Shown here: positions 1 through 8,789 of the stretch, piece after piece
Position numbering within the stretch: the first letter of the stretch is position 1
How the letters are laid out: each line of letters opens with the position of its first letter
IMG/VR virus record: IMGVR_UViG_3300042386_001233
Coordinates: 1 to 64,000 of that record
Strand: one strand, 5' to 3'
Length of the DNA: 64,000 bases
Position numbers and translations under genes: made by a program
The notes under the pieces: model-generated
Databases searched by the model: none
What the model was told of the DNA's origin: nothing
Seen by the model: the letters and a program-made list of their open reading frames with translations, nothing else

Positions 1-1889
1 CTATCGCTATTCAAAGTGACGACAAAATAATATGCGGCGGAACTTTCACCTCTTACAACGGAACAACAAGAAATAGAATAATTCGCTTGAACGTAGATGG
101 AAGTTTGGATTCTTCTTTTAATGTTGGTACTGGATTTAATATTAATGTAAATGCTATTGCTATTCAGAGTGACGGAAAAATAATATGCGGAGGAACTTTC
201 ACCTCTTACAACGGAACAACAATAAATAGAATAATTCGCTTGAACGTAGATGGAAGTTTGGATTCTTCTTTTAATGTTGGCATCGGATTTTCCAGCACGG
301 TAAACTCTATCGCTATTCAGAGTGACGGCAAAATAATATGCGGAGGAACTTTCACCTCTTACAACGGAACAACAAGAAATAGGATAGTTCGCCTCAACTC
401 TGATGGCTCGCTAGATTCTACTTTTAGCGTGGGTAGCGGGTTCAACGCCGGTACGGTAAACTCTATCGCTATTCAAAGTGACGGCAAAATAATATGCGGA
501 GGAACTTTCACCTCTTACAACGGAACAACAAGAAATAGGATAGTTCGCCTCAACTCTGATGGCTCGCTAGATTCTACTTTTAGCGTGGGTAGCGGGTTCA
601 ACACCGGTACGGTAAACTCTATCGCTATTCAAAGTGACGACAAAATAATATGCGGCGGAACTTTCACCTCTTACAACGGAACAACAAGAAATAGAATAAT
701 TCGCTTGAACGTAGATGGAAGTTTGGATTCTTCTTTTAATGTTGGCATCGGATTTTCCAGCACGGTAAACTCTATCGCTATTCAGAGTGACGGCAAAATA
801 ATATGCGGCGGAGGTTTTGGCTCTTATAACGGAACTATGCTAAGAAGAGTAGTTAGATTAAATTCAGACGGAAATTTGGATTTGACTTTTTTTCCTGGGC
901 CTGACTTTGGGCTCAGTAACACCGTTAATAGAATAGTTATTCAAAGTGACGGTAAAATAATATTTGGAGGAACTTTTACTAGTTTTTCATTTGGTTATTA
1001 TTATGGTATTTATAGCATTAATTCTTATGGGATTAGAAATTATTATTACAGTCATGTTGAGATTTCTTCTGTTTATGCTTTAGTTAGACAGGTTGATGGT
1101 AAGATAGTATGTGGAGGATCTTTCGAGAGCTACAATATCGGTCTTAGTACTGCATATGTTTTTGGCATTGTTCGTTTTAACTCTGATGGAATTGTAGATT
1201 CTTCTTTTAACGCCGGTAGTGGACTTGATATCAACAATGGCGGCCAGATATTGAGTTTGGCTATTCAAAGTGATGGAAAAATAATATGTGCAGGAGGTTT
1301 TTCTACTTTTAATGGAATATCCAGAGAAGATATAGTGCGTCTCAATCCTGACGGCAGCGTAGACAGTTCTTTTAATTGTTTATTGTCTAGTGTTTTGAGC
1401 ACGATATATAAAGTTGTTATTCAAAGTGATGGAAAAATAATCATAGGTGGAAATTTTACAAAATGTGTTGCTCGTCTCAACAATGATGGAACTATAGACT
1501 CTTTTTTTAATGTGGGAAGCGGATTTAATGAGGTGGTGAATGATATAGCTATTCAAAGCGATGGTAAAATAATATGTGTCGGAAGCTTCACCTCTTACAA
1601 CGGGACAACAAGAAATAACATAATTCGCTTGAACGTAGATGGAAGTTTAGATTCTTCTTTTAATGTTGGAACTGGATTTAATGATTCTGTAAACACCATC
1701 GCTATTCAAAGTGATGGAAAAATAATGTGCGGAGGCTTCTTCAGTAGTTACAATGGAGTAGCAAGAAATAGAATAATTCGCTTGAACGTAGATGGAAGTT
1801 TAGATTCTTCTTTTAATGTTGGAACTGGATTTAATGATTCTGTAAACACCATCGCTATTCAAAGTGATGGAAAAATAATGTGCGGAGGC
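1..1889 (+). repeat. Near-identical 153-156 nt coding repeats within the delta-60 gene
   Basis: nt 1-127 is identical to 619-745; unit 297-452 is nearly identical to 453-608; 1620-1736 is identical to 1773-1889. Confidence 0.9.
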
Positions 1890-2021
1890 AACTTCTCTAG
1901 TTATAATGAAACTTCTAGGAATAAGATAGCTAGGCTAAACTCTGATGGATCTCTGGACGCAAACTTTATAATTTCAGCATCTGCAAGTTCTGGCCCTGCG
2001 CAAAGGATCATATTATTATAA
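3..2021 (+). CDS. Delta-60 repeat (DUF5122-like) beta-propeller protein, 5'-truncated; probable fibre/adhesin
   Basis: The frame is open from nt 3 (IAIQSDDKIICGG...), upstream of the TTG at 87 used by the track. There are 13 copies of the xAIQSDGKIIxGG...RLNxDGSLDxSF repeat. Confidence 0.88.
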   Translation: MAIQSDDKIICGGTFTSYNGTTRNRIIRLNVDGSLDSSFNVGTGFNINVNAIAIQSDGKIICGGTFTSYNGTTINRIIRLNVDGSLDSSFNVGIGFSSTVNSIAIQSDGKIICGGTFTSYNGTTRNRIVRLNSDGSLDSTFSVGSGFNAGTVNSIAIQSDGKIICGGTFTSYNGTTRNRIVRLNSDGSLDSTFSVGSGFNTGTVNSIAIQSDDKIICGGTFTSYNGTTRNRIIRLNVDGSLDSSFNVGIGFSSTVNSIAIQSDGKIICGGGFGSYNGTMLRRVVRLNSDGNLDLTFFPGPDFGLSNTVNRIVIQSDGKIIFGGTFTSFSFGYYYGIYSINSYGIRNYYYSHVEISSVYALVRQVDGKIVCGGSFESYNIGLSTAYVFGIVRFNSDGIVDSSFNAGSGLDINNGGQILSLAIQSDGKIICAGGFSTFNGISREDIVRLNPDGSVDSSFNCLLSSVLSTIYKVVIQSDGKIIIGGNFTKCVARLNNDGTIDSFFNVGSGFNEVVNDIAIQSDGKIICVGSFTSYNGTTRNNIIRLNVDGSLDSSFNVGTGFNDSVNTIAIQSDGKIMCGGFFSSYNGVARNRIIRLNVDGSLDSSFNVGTGFNDSVNTIAIQSDGKIMCGGNFSSYNETSRNKIARLNSDGSLDANFIISASASSGPAQRIILL

Positions 2022-2030
2022 GGAAAAAGT

Positions 2031-2555
2031 ATGTACATAGAAATAGAAAACGAACAAATAATTAAGCAACACACCACCCTCCCAAATTCTTACAAGAATA
2101 TTTCTAATTTTTTTGCTCTTGAGTCTGAACAACTAGCAGATTTATCCTGGAGCGGAAATCCGGGAATTAAATTTTATCCCTATGTTGAACAGCGTCCTGA
2201 AATCCCAGATAATAGTGTTCTTGTTGGTCCAACATATACGATAGATCATGAAAATCACCGTGTTTTAGGTAGTTTCGAAATTCAACAAGCTCCTCCGCAT
2301 GTTACTAATATTCCAAGATCCATCTCGGCTCGACAGATTCGCATGTGGCTCGTTAAGAACGGCTATTCATTAGCTCAGGTAGAAGCTCAAATTGAGTCTA
2401 TAGAAGATCCGTTACAACGCGATCTAATTAGGGTAGAATGGGAATATGCCCCATATATAGAACGCAATCATCCTTGGTTAGTTCCATTAGCTCAGTCATT
2501 AGGGCTTAGCGAACAACAGATAGATCAAGCTTTTATAGAGGCTTCAGTAATATAA
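2031..2555 (+). CDS. Putative tail fibre assembly/chaperone-like small protein
   Basis: 174 aa. The C-terminal SISARQIRMWL...EWEYAPYIERNHP..LGLSEQQIDQAF motif is typical of small proteins following phage fibre genes; it lies directly after the propeller gene. Confidence 0.6.
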   Translation: MYIEIENEQIIKQHTTLPNSYKNISNFFALESEQLADLSWSGNPGIKFYPYVEQRPEIPDNSVLVGPTYTIDHENHRVLGSFEIQQAPPHVTNIPRSISARQIRMWLVKNGYSLAQVEAQIESIEDPLQRDLIRVEWEYAPYIERNHPWLVPLAQSLGLSEQQIDQAFIEASVI

Positions 2556-2583
2556 AAACTATTTATTTTTATTAGTTGATTTT

Positions 2584-2763
2584 TTTAAAAGTATACACAC
2601 CACACATATTAATGGAGAAACTCCTTATCGTATGAATTATGCTGGCATAGGTTATATTTTTAGAGAAGATATTAACTCTCCAGAAGGAGCTTTTGTTCCT
2701 CCTTGTCCTGGAGATGATCATACCTTAAATGAGAATACTGGATTATGGGAACTTCTAAGTTAG
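2584..2763 (+). pseudogene. 5'-truncated remnant of a small tail-associated phage protein
   Basis: The frame reads ..THINGETPYRMNYAGIGYIFREDINSPEGAFVPPCPGDDHTLNENTGLWELLS*, resembling the common GGTPFRKNYAGIGY..DAFIPP..W.LNE.T..W family. The only ATG (2632) lies inside the conserved motif. Confidence 0.55.
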
Positions 2764-2797
2764 CCATTTAATTTAAAATCTATCCCCTTCACTATAA

Positions 2798-2803
2798 GGT
2801 GTA
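2798..2803 (+). promoter_or_regulatory. GGTGTA motif, candidate phage late-promoter element
   Basis: Intergenic, 46 nt before the ATG at 2844; the same hexamer occurs at 7532 and 40589 at similar distances. Confidence 0.4.
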
Positions 2804-2843
2804 TTAAAGACTAGACATTCTATCCTTATAAAAAGGTCAAAAT

Positions 2844-3353
2844 ATGAGTTGGAATATTGAAATTCCTATTATTGTTAGAACACTAATTAATGACTTAAGT
2901 GATAGTCCAACATATAGTGACGAAAGAATTCTTCAAACTATAGTTGTCGCATCTAAATATGTTCAATTTGACATTGTTTTAGATCAAACATATACTATTG
3001 ATGTTACTAATCCGAACATTTCTCCAGATCCAACTGTGAATAATGATAGTATTTTTATTAGTCTTGTGGGACTAAAAGCCGCTTGTATTATCGATCAAAG
3101 TACCTTAAGAACAAAAGCTGCTCTTGAGGGAATTAGGGCAGCACTAGGCCCAGCACAACTATCTGTTGCGGGTAGTTTATCTGGATTCAATCTAATTTTA
3201 GATAAAGGCCCTTGTGCAGCATATGAAGAGCTAACATCTCATTGGGACGTTAGAGAAGCTTCGGCCGTTAGAGCAATTCTTAGTCCGTTTGTTGGTAATA
3301 AATTTGACCCTCGTTCCCTTTATTCCGACAACCGTGGTCGAGATATGATATAG
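2844..3353 (+). CDS. Putative head-tail adaptor/connector protein
   Basis: 169 aa. N-terminal VRTLINDL...YSDERI pattern resembles head-tail adaptors; first gene of the neck block. Confidence 0.5.
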   Translation: MSWNIEIPIIVRTLINDLSDSPTYSDERILQTIVVASKYVQFDIVLDQTYTIDVTNPNISPDPTVNNDSIFISLVGLKAACIIDQSTLRTKAALEGIRAALGPAQLSVAGSLSGFNLILDKGPCAAYEELTSHWDVREASAVRAILSPFVGNKFDPRSLYSDNRGRDMI

Positions 3354-3363
3354 AAAGAATATT

Positions 3364-4371
3364 ATGCCAGCTGCTAATTACAATTTTATCATAGAACAAG
3401 GTTCTGATTTCGTATTAAATTTTCAATATAATGATCAGGAGAATAGGCCTATTGATTTAAGCTCCAAGTGTATAGTTTTACAATGGCTTACTGACGATGG
3501 GGCTAGTAAAGAGGTTTTTTCTAGTGGTGCTAATGCAAATTATGATATTAATGACTGGTCTATGGTTGGAGATAATACTGGATCTATTAGATTTAGACTA
3601 GCAGCAAATAGAACAAAAGATTTTGTATTTAATACTGCTGTTTATGATTTAGATATTATTACTGTTGGAGATAAACTACGAAACATAAGACTGGCTACCG
3701 GAGTTATTACTTTAGCAAAAAGAAACATCGGATTAGACTCTTGTCCAGTTAATTCTGATCCTAGTATAGATTTAACTACTCCAACAGTTACTATTCCAGG
3801 TACTACTCCTGGTATAACGCCAACTCCAACCATAACATCTGGTCAAGTTGAAGATTTGTGTTTACCAGAAGATTGTTTAAATCTAGATATATACTCAGTA
3901 GTATATACTGGTAGTGGATTAAATATACCAGATCTAGCAACAGTAAGCGGTTCTGTTATTACTACTGATACAAGAGAGATAGAGAATATAGAGATAGCAA
4001 TCAATAAGCTTCAGCACAATAGCCCATCCGATTTATGGTTGATGCTGAGTCCTCCTTCCGGAGACACGGTATTATTATCTGCTAATAGTAAAATACCGTC
4101 ATTTAATAATAATTTTAGCTTTATGTTCTCAAACAAAGCTAATCCTTCAGGATATTTGCATAATATATCTAATGGTGGATTGGCTAATATATATCCTAAA
4201 ACTGATATTATAAACTATAGCGATGAAACTTTAGTATCTGGTTTTGGACAGCTCTTAGGCACTTCTGTAACTGGAGTCTGGAATCTCATAGTCAAAGACA
4301 CAGACCCAATAGGATCAGGACTAATAGATTCTTGGAAACTAATAATAACATACGCAGCCCTATCAGAGTAA
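3364..4371 (+). CDS. Virion protein: N-terminal BppU/LtfC-like Ig domain plus C-terminal proprotein-convertase P-domain
   Basis: N-terminus YNFIIEQGSDF..PIDL...AVYDLDI..RLATG; Thr/Pro linker; C-terminus IENIEIAINKLQHNSPSDLWLMLSPPSG...GVWNLIVKD..GSGLIDSWKL matches the P-domain signature. Confidence 0.7.
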   Translation: MPAANYNFIIEQGSDFVLNFQYNDQENRPIDLSSKCIVLQWLTDDGASKEVFSSGANANYDINDWSMVGDNTGSIRFRLAANRTKDFVFNTAVYDLDIITVGDKLRNIRLATGVITLAKRNIGLDSCPVNSDPSIDLTTPTVTIPGTTPGITPTPTITSGQVEDLCLPEDCLNLDIYSVVYTGSGLNIPDLATVSGSVITTDTREIENIEIAINKLQHNSPSDLWLMLSPPSGDTVLLSANSKIPSFNNNFSFMFSNKANPSGYLHNISNGGLANIYPKTDIINYSDETLVSGFGQLLGTSVTGVWNLIVKDTDPIGSGLIDSWKLIITYAALSE

Positions 4372-4375
4372 TATA

Positions 4376-4585
4376 ATGATATTATTTGCAGAATTTAAAT
4401 ATGGATCAAACGTAACAATAACCACGCCTACTAGAGTAGTTTTCTCTACTCCAGCACCCGGAGACACTGGTGCTCAAAATGTTATCATAAAAAATGAGAA
4501 TATAGCATATTCTTCTAAACTATTTGAATCTGGATATGAGATAAGACAAGAGTCTCCACTATTCTATGGAATCAGGTCGTCATGA
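4376..4585 (+). CDS. Hypothetical protein (69 aa)
   Basis: Fills the gap between flanking genes; ATGA overlap with the next gene. Confidence 0.6.
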   Translation: MILFAEFKYGSNVTITTPTRVVFSTPAPGDTGAQNVIIKNENIAYSSKLFESGYEIRQESPLFYGIRSS

Positions 4586-5115
4586 GCAATAATCCATATA
4601 TCAATATAATTTCTCCAGAATTTAAAGGATTATTTAATAATGCCATAGATGCACTATTACAACAAACAGCGCTTACTGTTCAATGCCGATTAAGATACTC
4701 TGGACAACAAAACTCTACCTTTTGTCCAAATTGTGTGTTCGATGCGATATCCCAACTATCCTCAAATATTTACAACGGAACAGGATCTAATCCATTTCCA
4801 GAAGGATCAATTTGTCCAGTATGTATGGGCATGGGTATGATGTTAAGTGATAGTTCTGAGCTTGTATCTTTAGCTTGTATTTTTGATAGTAAATATTTTG
4901 TAAATCTATCATCCAAAACGCTCAATATTCCAGCCGGAACAATTCAAACTATTTGTCATACAACTCTACTCCCTAAAATTAGAAACGCCAACGATATTGT
5001 TGTAGACACTACTCTTGAACAGTATGGTAATTACGTATACCAAAGAGCTGGTGATCCAGAACCTATAGGATTTGGGGACAATAGATATATAGCTACGATA
5101 TGGAGCAGAAAATGA
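4582..5115 (+). CDS. Putative head-closure/neck protein with CxxC..CxxCxGxG zinc-ribbon insertion
   Basis: 177 aa; CPNC at 4723 and CPVCMGMG at 4813; beta-rich C-terminus; position in the neck block. Confidence 0.5.
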   Translation: MSNNPYINIISPEFKGLFNNAIDALLQQTALTVQCRLRYSGQQNSTFCPNCVFDAISQLSSNIYNGTGSNPFPEGSICPVCMGMGMMLSDSSELVSLACIFDSKYFVNLSSKTLNIPAGTIQTICHTTLLPKIRNANDIVVDTTLEQYGNYVYQRAGDPEPIGFGDNRYIATIWSRK

Positions 5116-5753
5116 GATTTGATATTACAATACTAGAGAACAATAGTCAGATAGCCTCCGCTATTATTCATAGCATAAAAGATGTTATTAGTGGGGCTAT
5201 TAAAAAGTCCATGAACAAGATTATAGACGGCGCTAAAGATATCGTATCAGAATCTTTAAGACAAGAACCAGAATACGGATCCTTAATGTCTGGTAAGCTT
5301 AAGGCAGATTTTGGAATACCTAATTCATCTGTTGTTCAAAGAGTGGTTGATGCTTTGGTTAATACTATAACTGTGGCTGATATTCCTATTACAGCCAATA
5401 AAAATGGATTACGTGGTGGATTTGTTTTAACCATGATGAAATCTAGTGATCTTAATGGGGTTATATATCAAGACATCGCTAATGTATCAGATGTTAAAGG
5501 CTATACTCTTCCGTGGTTAGAGTGGCTATTATTACAAAACAATTCTCCAATAATTAAAAACTATGAAGTCAAATATGGCCCATCTCCATACTCTAGATCT
5601 GGTTTAGGAATTATGGTGCCGTCAGATAGTGATTGGAGAGTTCCTCCAGAGTTCGCAGGATCACAAGACGATAACTGGACAACAAGAGCGGTTAATCGTT
5701 CAGAAGACAAAATATATAAACTCATTCAACAATCTATTGAGAAGAATATATGA
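5112..5753 (+). CDS. Putative neck/tail-completion protein (HK97 gp10-like position)
   Basis: Start placed at ATG 5112 (ATGA overlap with the upstream stop), in frame with the track ORF from 5100. Function inferred from synteny. Confidence 0.45.
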   Translation: MRFDITILENNSQIASAIIHSIKDVISGAIKKSMNKIIDGAKDIVSESLRQEPEYGSLMSGKLKADFGIPNSSVVQRVVDALVNTITVADIPITANKNGLRGGFVLTMMKSSDLNGVIYQDIANVSDVKGYTLPWLEWLLLQNNSPIIKNYEVKYGPSPYSRSGLGIMVPSDSDWRVPPEFAGSQDDNWTTRAVNRSEDKIYKLIQQSIEKNI

Positions 5754-6739
5754 CAACACAGTTTAACCATGTACAATCAATAGGTAAAAAAGATAGATTA
5801 TCAGGATTAGAAGATAATCTTAAAAGCTTTTTAGACTGGTCATTTTTACAAATTGGAGGATTTGTTAATGTAAATATACCAACTTCTGGTATTAGTGCCA
5901 CTAAAGGCACTGGATTTCATATTATGAAAAATGTTAACGAGCCATCTAAACCATCAAAAACCTGGGAAGCCCCAAGAAAAGATTGGGTATATGAGAATAG
6001 TTCATCGTTAAATAATCCGGCATCCATATCATATAATCCATATGGTTCGGTAGCGTCAGGACTAAATACTTCTCCAATAGCTTTTTCTGGAGTTTATCTT
6101 AATAGCACATTCTTACCAGCACCATCAGGAAGTGGCAATTATACATATTCTGTTAATTATCCACTGGGACATATAACTTTTCAAAATAACGTAGCATCAA
6201 CTAGTAACGTAACAGTATCCTATAGTCATAGATATATTCAAGTATATAAATCTAGTGATTCTGTATGGTGGAAAGAAATTCAGAAAGAGACATATACTCC
6301 ACAAATTAAACCTAATGGGGATTACAGTATAACTTCCAACCACAGAGCGCAACTTCCTTGCATAATTATTGAATTAATTCCTCGTACCGAGATGATACCA
6401 TACCAGCTAGGAACAACAGAGAATATTGTTATTCAAGATGTGTTTTTACATGTTTTTGCTCAAACGGCTAATCAAAGAAATAATATAATAGATACTTTAT
6501 TGCTTCAAAAGGATAATAGCTTTTGGTTATATGATGTTAGTGCAGTCGTAAAAAATAATGCTTATCCATTAAGTCGTAATGGAGATATTAATCCTGGCGG
6601 ACAGAACTATAATACTCTAGGTTCTAACTTTAAGGATCATTGGAGTACTATTAAAAATGCTACTCTTAGTGAACTAAATAATCTGAGTGCAAGCTTATAC
6701 AATGGTATAGTTAGATGGTCAGTAGAGATTTTTCCATAA
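5750..6739 (+). CDS. Putative tail terminator/completion protein with N-terminal insertion
   Basis: 329 aa. C-terminal QLPCIIIELIP..PYQLG..VIQDVFLHVFAQTANQRNNIIDTL resembles tail-terminator folds; synteny fits. Confidence 0.5.
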   Translation: MTTQFNHVQSIGKKDRLSGLEDNLKSFLDWSFLQIGGFVNVNIPTSGISATKGTGFHIMKNVNEPSKPSKTWEAPRKDWVYENSSSLNNPASISYNPYGSVASGLNTSPIAFSGVYLNSTFLPAPSGSGNYTYSVNYPLGHITFQNNVASTSNVTVSYSHRYIQVYKSSDSVWWKEIQKETYTPQIKPNGDYSITSNHRAQLPCIIIELIPRTEMIPYQLGTTENIVIQDVFLHVFAQTANQRNNIIDTLLLQKDNSFWLYDVSAVVKNNAYPLSRNGDINPGGQNYNTLGSNFKDHWSTIKNATLSELNNLSASLYNGIVRWSVEIFP

Positions 6740-6772
6740 TAGATATTTATTCAGGACAAGATAGGAATTATT

Positions 6773-7516
6773 ATGATTAATACAAAATGTAAAGAATGTA
6801 TGTTCTCACATTCTGATGGAGAAAAGAACGACAACCCAATATGCTCTAAGAATATTATAGAACAAATAAAGGACATTAAAAATATTAAACAAGAAGATGG
6901 ATTCAATATAATAGAAAATTATGCTTGTAGATATGGTTTTTCCAAGCAAATTTATGAACAGCATAAAGAACAGTGGGATCCGCAGGACTTTGAAAATAGA
7001 ATGTTGGAAAATAGTAGAATAAGGTATTATCTATTATTAGATTGCTATGATCCTGATCTAGATTTTAATCATATATTACAACAGATACCAAAGCTAAATA
7101 TGCCTCCTAAGTCTGTATCTTTTATGTTTCGGAGTTTAAACTTTAGGCCCTTTGTTCAAGAACATCAAGATTTTTTATTATCTAACTACAAGAATATTCG
7201 CTGGAAGGCTCATAACTTTTTGGAAGAAATGTCTTTAGAAGAAGGTATTGATCATATTTTATCTACGAATGCAAAAAATAATGACACATCAATTTTTTTG
7301 GTGTATAATGCTAAAGATTTACAATTTCTGGATCGTGACGTTAACACTATTAACAAAAATATGATTTTATATCAATCACCAATGATAGCGATTATTGACC
7401 GCAATAATACATTATATAGATTAGCTATGTCGTTTGATAATTATAAAGTGGCTAAAACTTTGGGTCCAAATTTGATCCCAGTACTGACTCAAGAAAGCAA
7501 CATAGTATACTATTAG
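6773..7516 (+). CDS. Hypothetical protein with N-terminal Cys cluster
   Basis: 247 aa; CKEC...C...C near the N-terminus; no family recognised. Confidence 0.6.
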   Translation: MINTKCKECMFSHSDGEKNDNPICSKNIIEQIKDIKNIKQEDGFNIIENYACRYGFSKQIYEQHKEQWDPQDFENRMLENSRIRYYLLLDCYDPDLDFNHILQQIPKLNMPPKSVSFMFRSLNFRPFVQEHQDFLLSNYKNIRWKAHNFLEEMSLEEGIDHILSTNAKNNDTSIFLVYNAKDLQFLDRDVNTINKNMILYQSPMIAIIDRNNTLYRLAMSFDNYKVAKTLGPNLIPVLTQESNIVYY

Positions 7517-7531
7517 TATTTCATATTATTT

Positions 7532-7537
7532 GGTGTA
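7532..7537 (+). promoter_or_regulatory. GGTGTA motif, candidate late-promoter element
   Basis: Intergenic, 43 nt before the first tube-like gene. Confidence 0.4.
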
Positions 7538-7574
7538 AAGTTCTAATACACGCACAATACAATGGGAGTTTCAA

Positions 7575-8789
7575 ATGTCTATTAATAACAGAGTTTATTA
7601 CGCATCACAAGCAGTACAACTAAGACCAGTTAGCCCAGAAGGAACATCATTTGGTTACTGGTATCATCCATTAGCAGTTCAAAGTGTTGGAATGACAACC
7701 AACTTCACTACTGAACAAACTTTCCAATTAGGTACAGTAGAACTTTACGACAATGTTGAAACTATTCCAGAAGTAGAAGTTACAATCAATAAGGTTATTG
7801 ATAGCACAGCACCCCTTTATCTGATGTGCATGGGTGGAAGCGCAGGAATACCAGGAGCACAGAATAAATCACTAGTATCATTATCAAATAATAGAGTTCA
7901 TTTTCGTTTAGGTATTTATGGTGATGATAAGCAATATATTTCAGGTAGTGCAGGAAGTAGCGTATTATGCTCTGGCATGTATCTATCCAGTTTTAACTAT
8001 ACCTTTCCAGTTGACGGTAATGCCACAGAAGAGGTTACATTAGTAGGAAATAGCAAGCTATGGAATACTGGCAATATTCCTGGTGTTCAAAGTGCTAATT
8101 TTGCTGCTGGAACAATGTTTGCTCCAAATGCTAATATTGGAGGAATAACTCCTTCACAGAATAGTGGTATTTTGCGCAGGCAATATCTTAATGTTCAAGG
8201 GTCTGTTCTTCCAACTGGTAGCGGCGGAATTAGAACCCCTAATGGATCAAACGTTCTTCCTCACGTTCAAAATATTACCATTAGTTCTGATCTTGGTCGT
8301 GAAAGTATTAATCAGTTAGGTAAGTTTGGACCATATTGTCGTTATGCTACTTTTCCAATTGAAGTAACAAGCGAATTCGAAATTATTGCCCAAGACGGAG
8401 ACGGAGTAGATGTCAACGACTTCAAGAACGATGTGTTCTGTGGAACCTTAAAGAAAAATCTAGTATACAAAACCATTAGTGTTGCTATATGTGATGATAA
8501 TCATACAAACAATAATAATACTATGATTTTTGATCTTGGAAGTAAAAACACTCTAACATCTGTTAACTATACTGGTGGAGATACCGGCGGCGGTAATGCT
8601 ACGGTGTCATATAGCTTTAGAAATTTTAATAATTTCTTCATAAACGCTAGTGGATCATACAGGTCCGGTATTGCTTTTGCCGATAATGGTGGCGCAGTAT
8701 CTGCTCAGTCTATAGATCTTGTAAACACTGAAGATTCGGCACCAGTCTCATATTTAGATTATAATTCTGGAGATAATAATAATGTCTAA
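7575..8789 (+). CDS. Tail tube-like protein, paralog 1 (two tandem tube-like domains)
   Basis: 404 aa. Shares FPVDGNATEEVTLVG, YATFPIEVTSEFE and LTSVNYTGGDTGGGNAT with the next two genes; lies between the neck and the TMP; internally duplicated. Confidence 0.65.
   Translation: MSINNRVYYASQAVQLRPVSPEGTSFGYWYHPLAVQSVGMTTNFTTEQTFQLGTVELYDNVETIPEVEVTINKVIDSTAPLYLMCMGGSAGIPGAQNKSLVSLSNNRVHFRLGIYGDDKQYISGSAGSSVLCSGMYLSSFNYTFPVDGNATEEVTLVGNSKLWNTGNIPGVQSANFAAGTMFAPNANIGGITPSQNSGILRRQYLNVQGSVLPTGSGGIRTPNGSNVLPHVQNITISSDLGRESINQLGKFGPYCRYATFPIEVTSEFEIIAQDGDGVDVNDFKNDVFCGTLKKNLVYKTISVAICDDNHTNNNNTMIFDLGSKNTLTSVNYTGGDTGGGNATVSYSFRNFNNFFINASGSYRSGIAFADNGGAVSAQSIDLVNTEDSAPVSYLDYNSGDNNNV

Noticed and set aside
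975-1070. Tyr-rich blade as a DGR variable region
   Set aside because: No near-identical template copy exists in the window; it aligns as a degenerate delta-60 blade.
1-1889. CRISPR array or non-coding repeat array
   Set aside because: Repeat units are 153-156 nt, in frame and lack unique spacers. The 30-nt repeat at 47045 is also coding.
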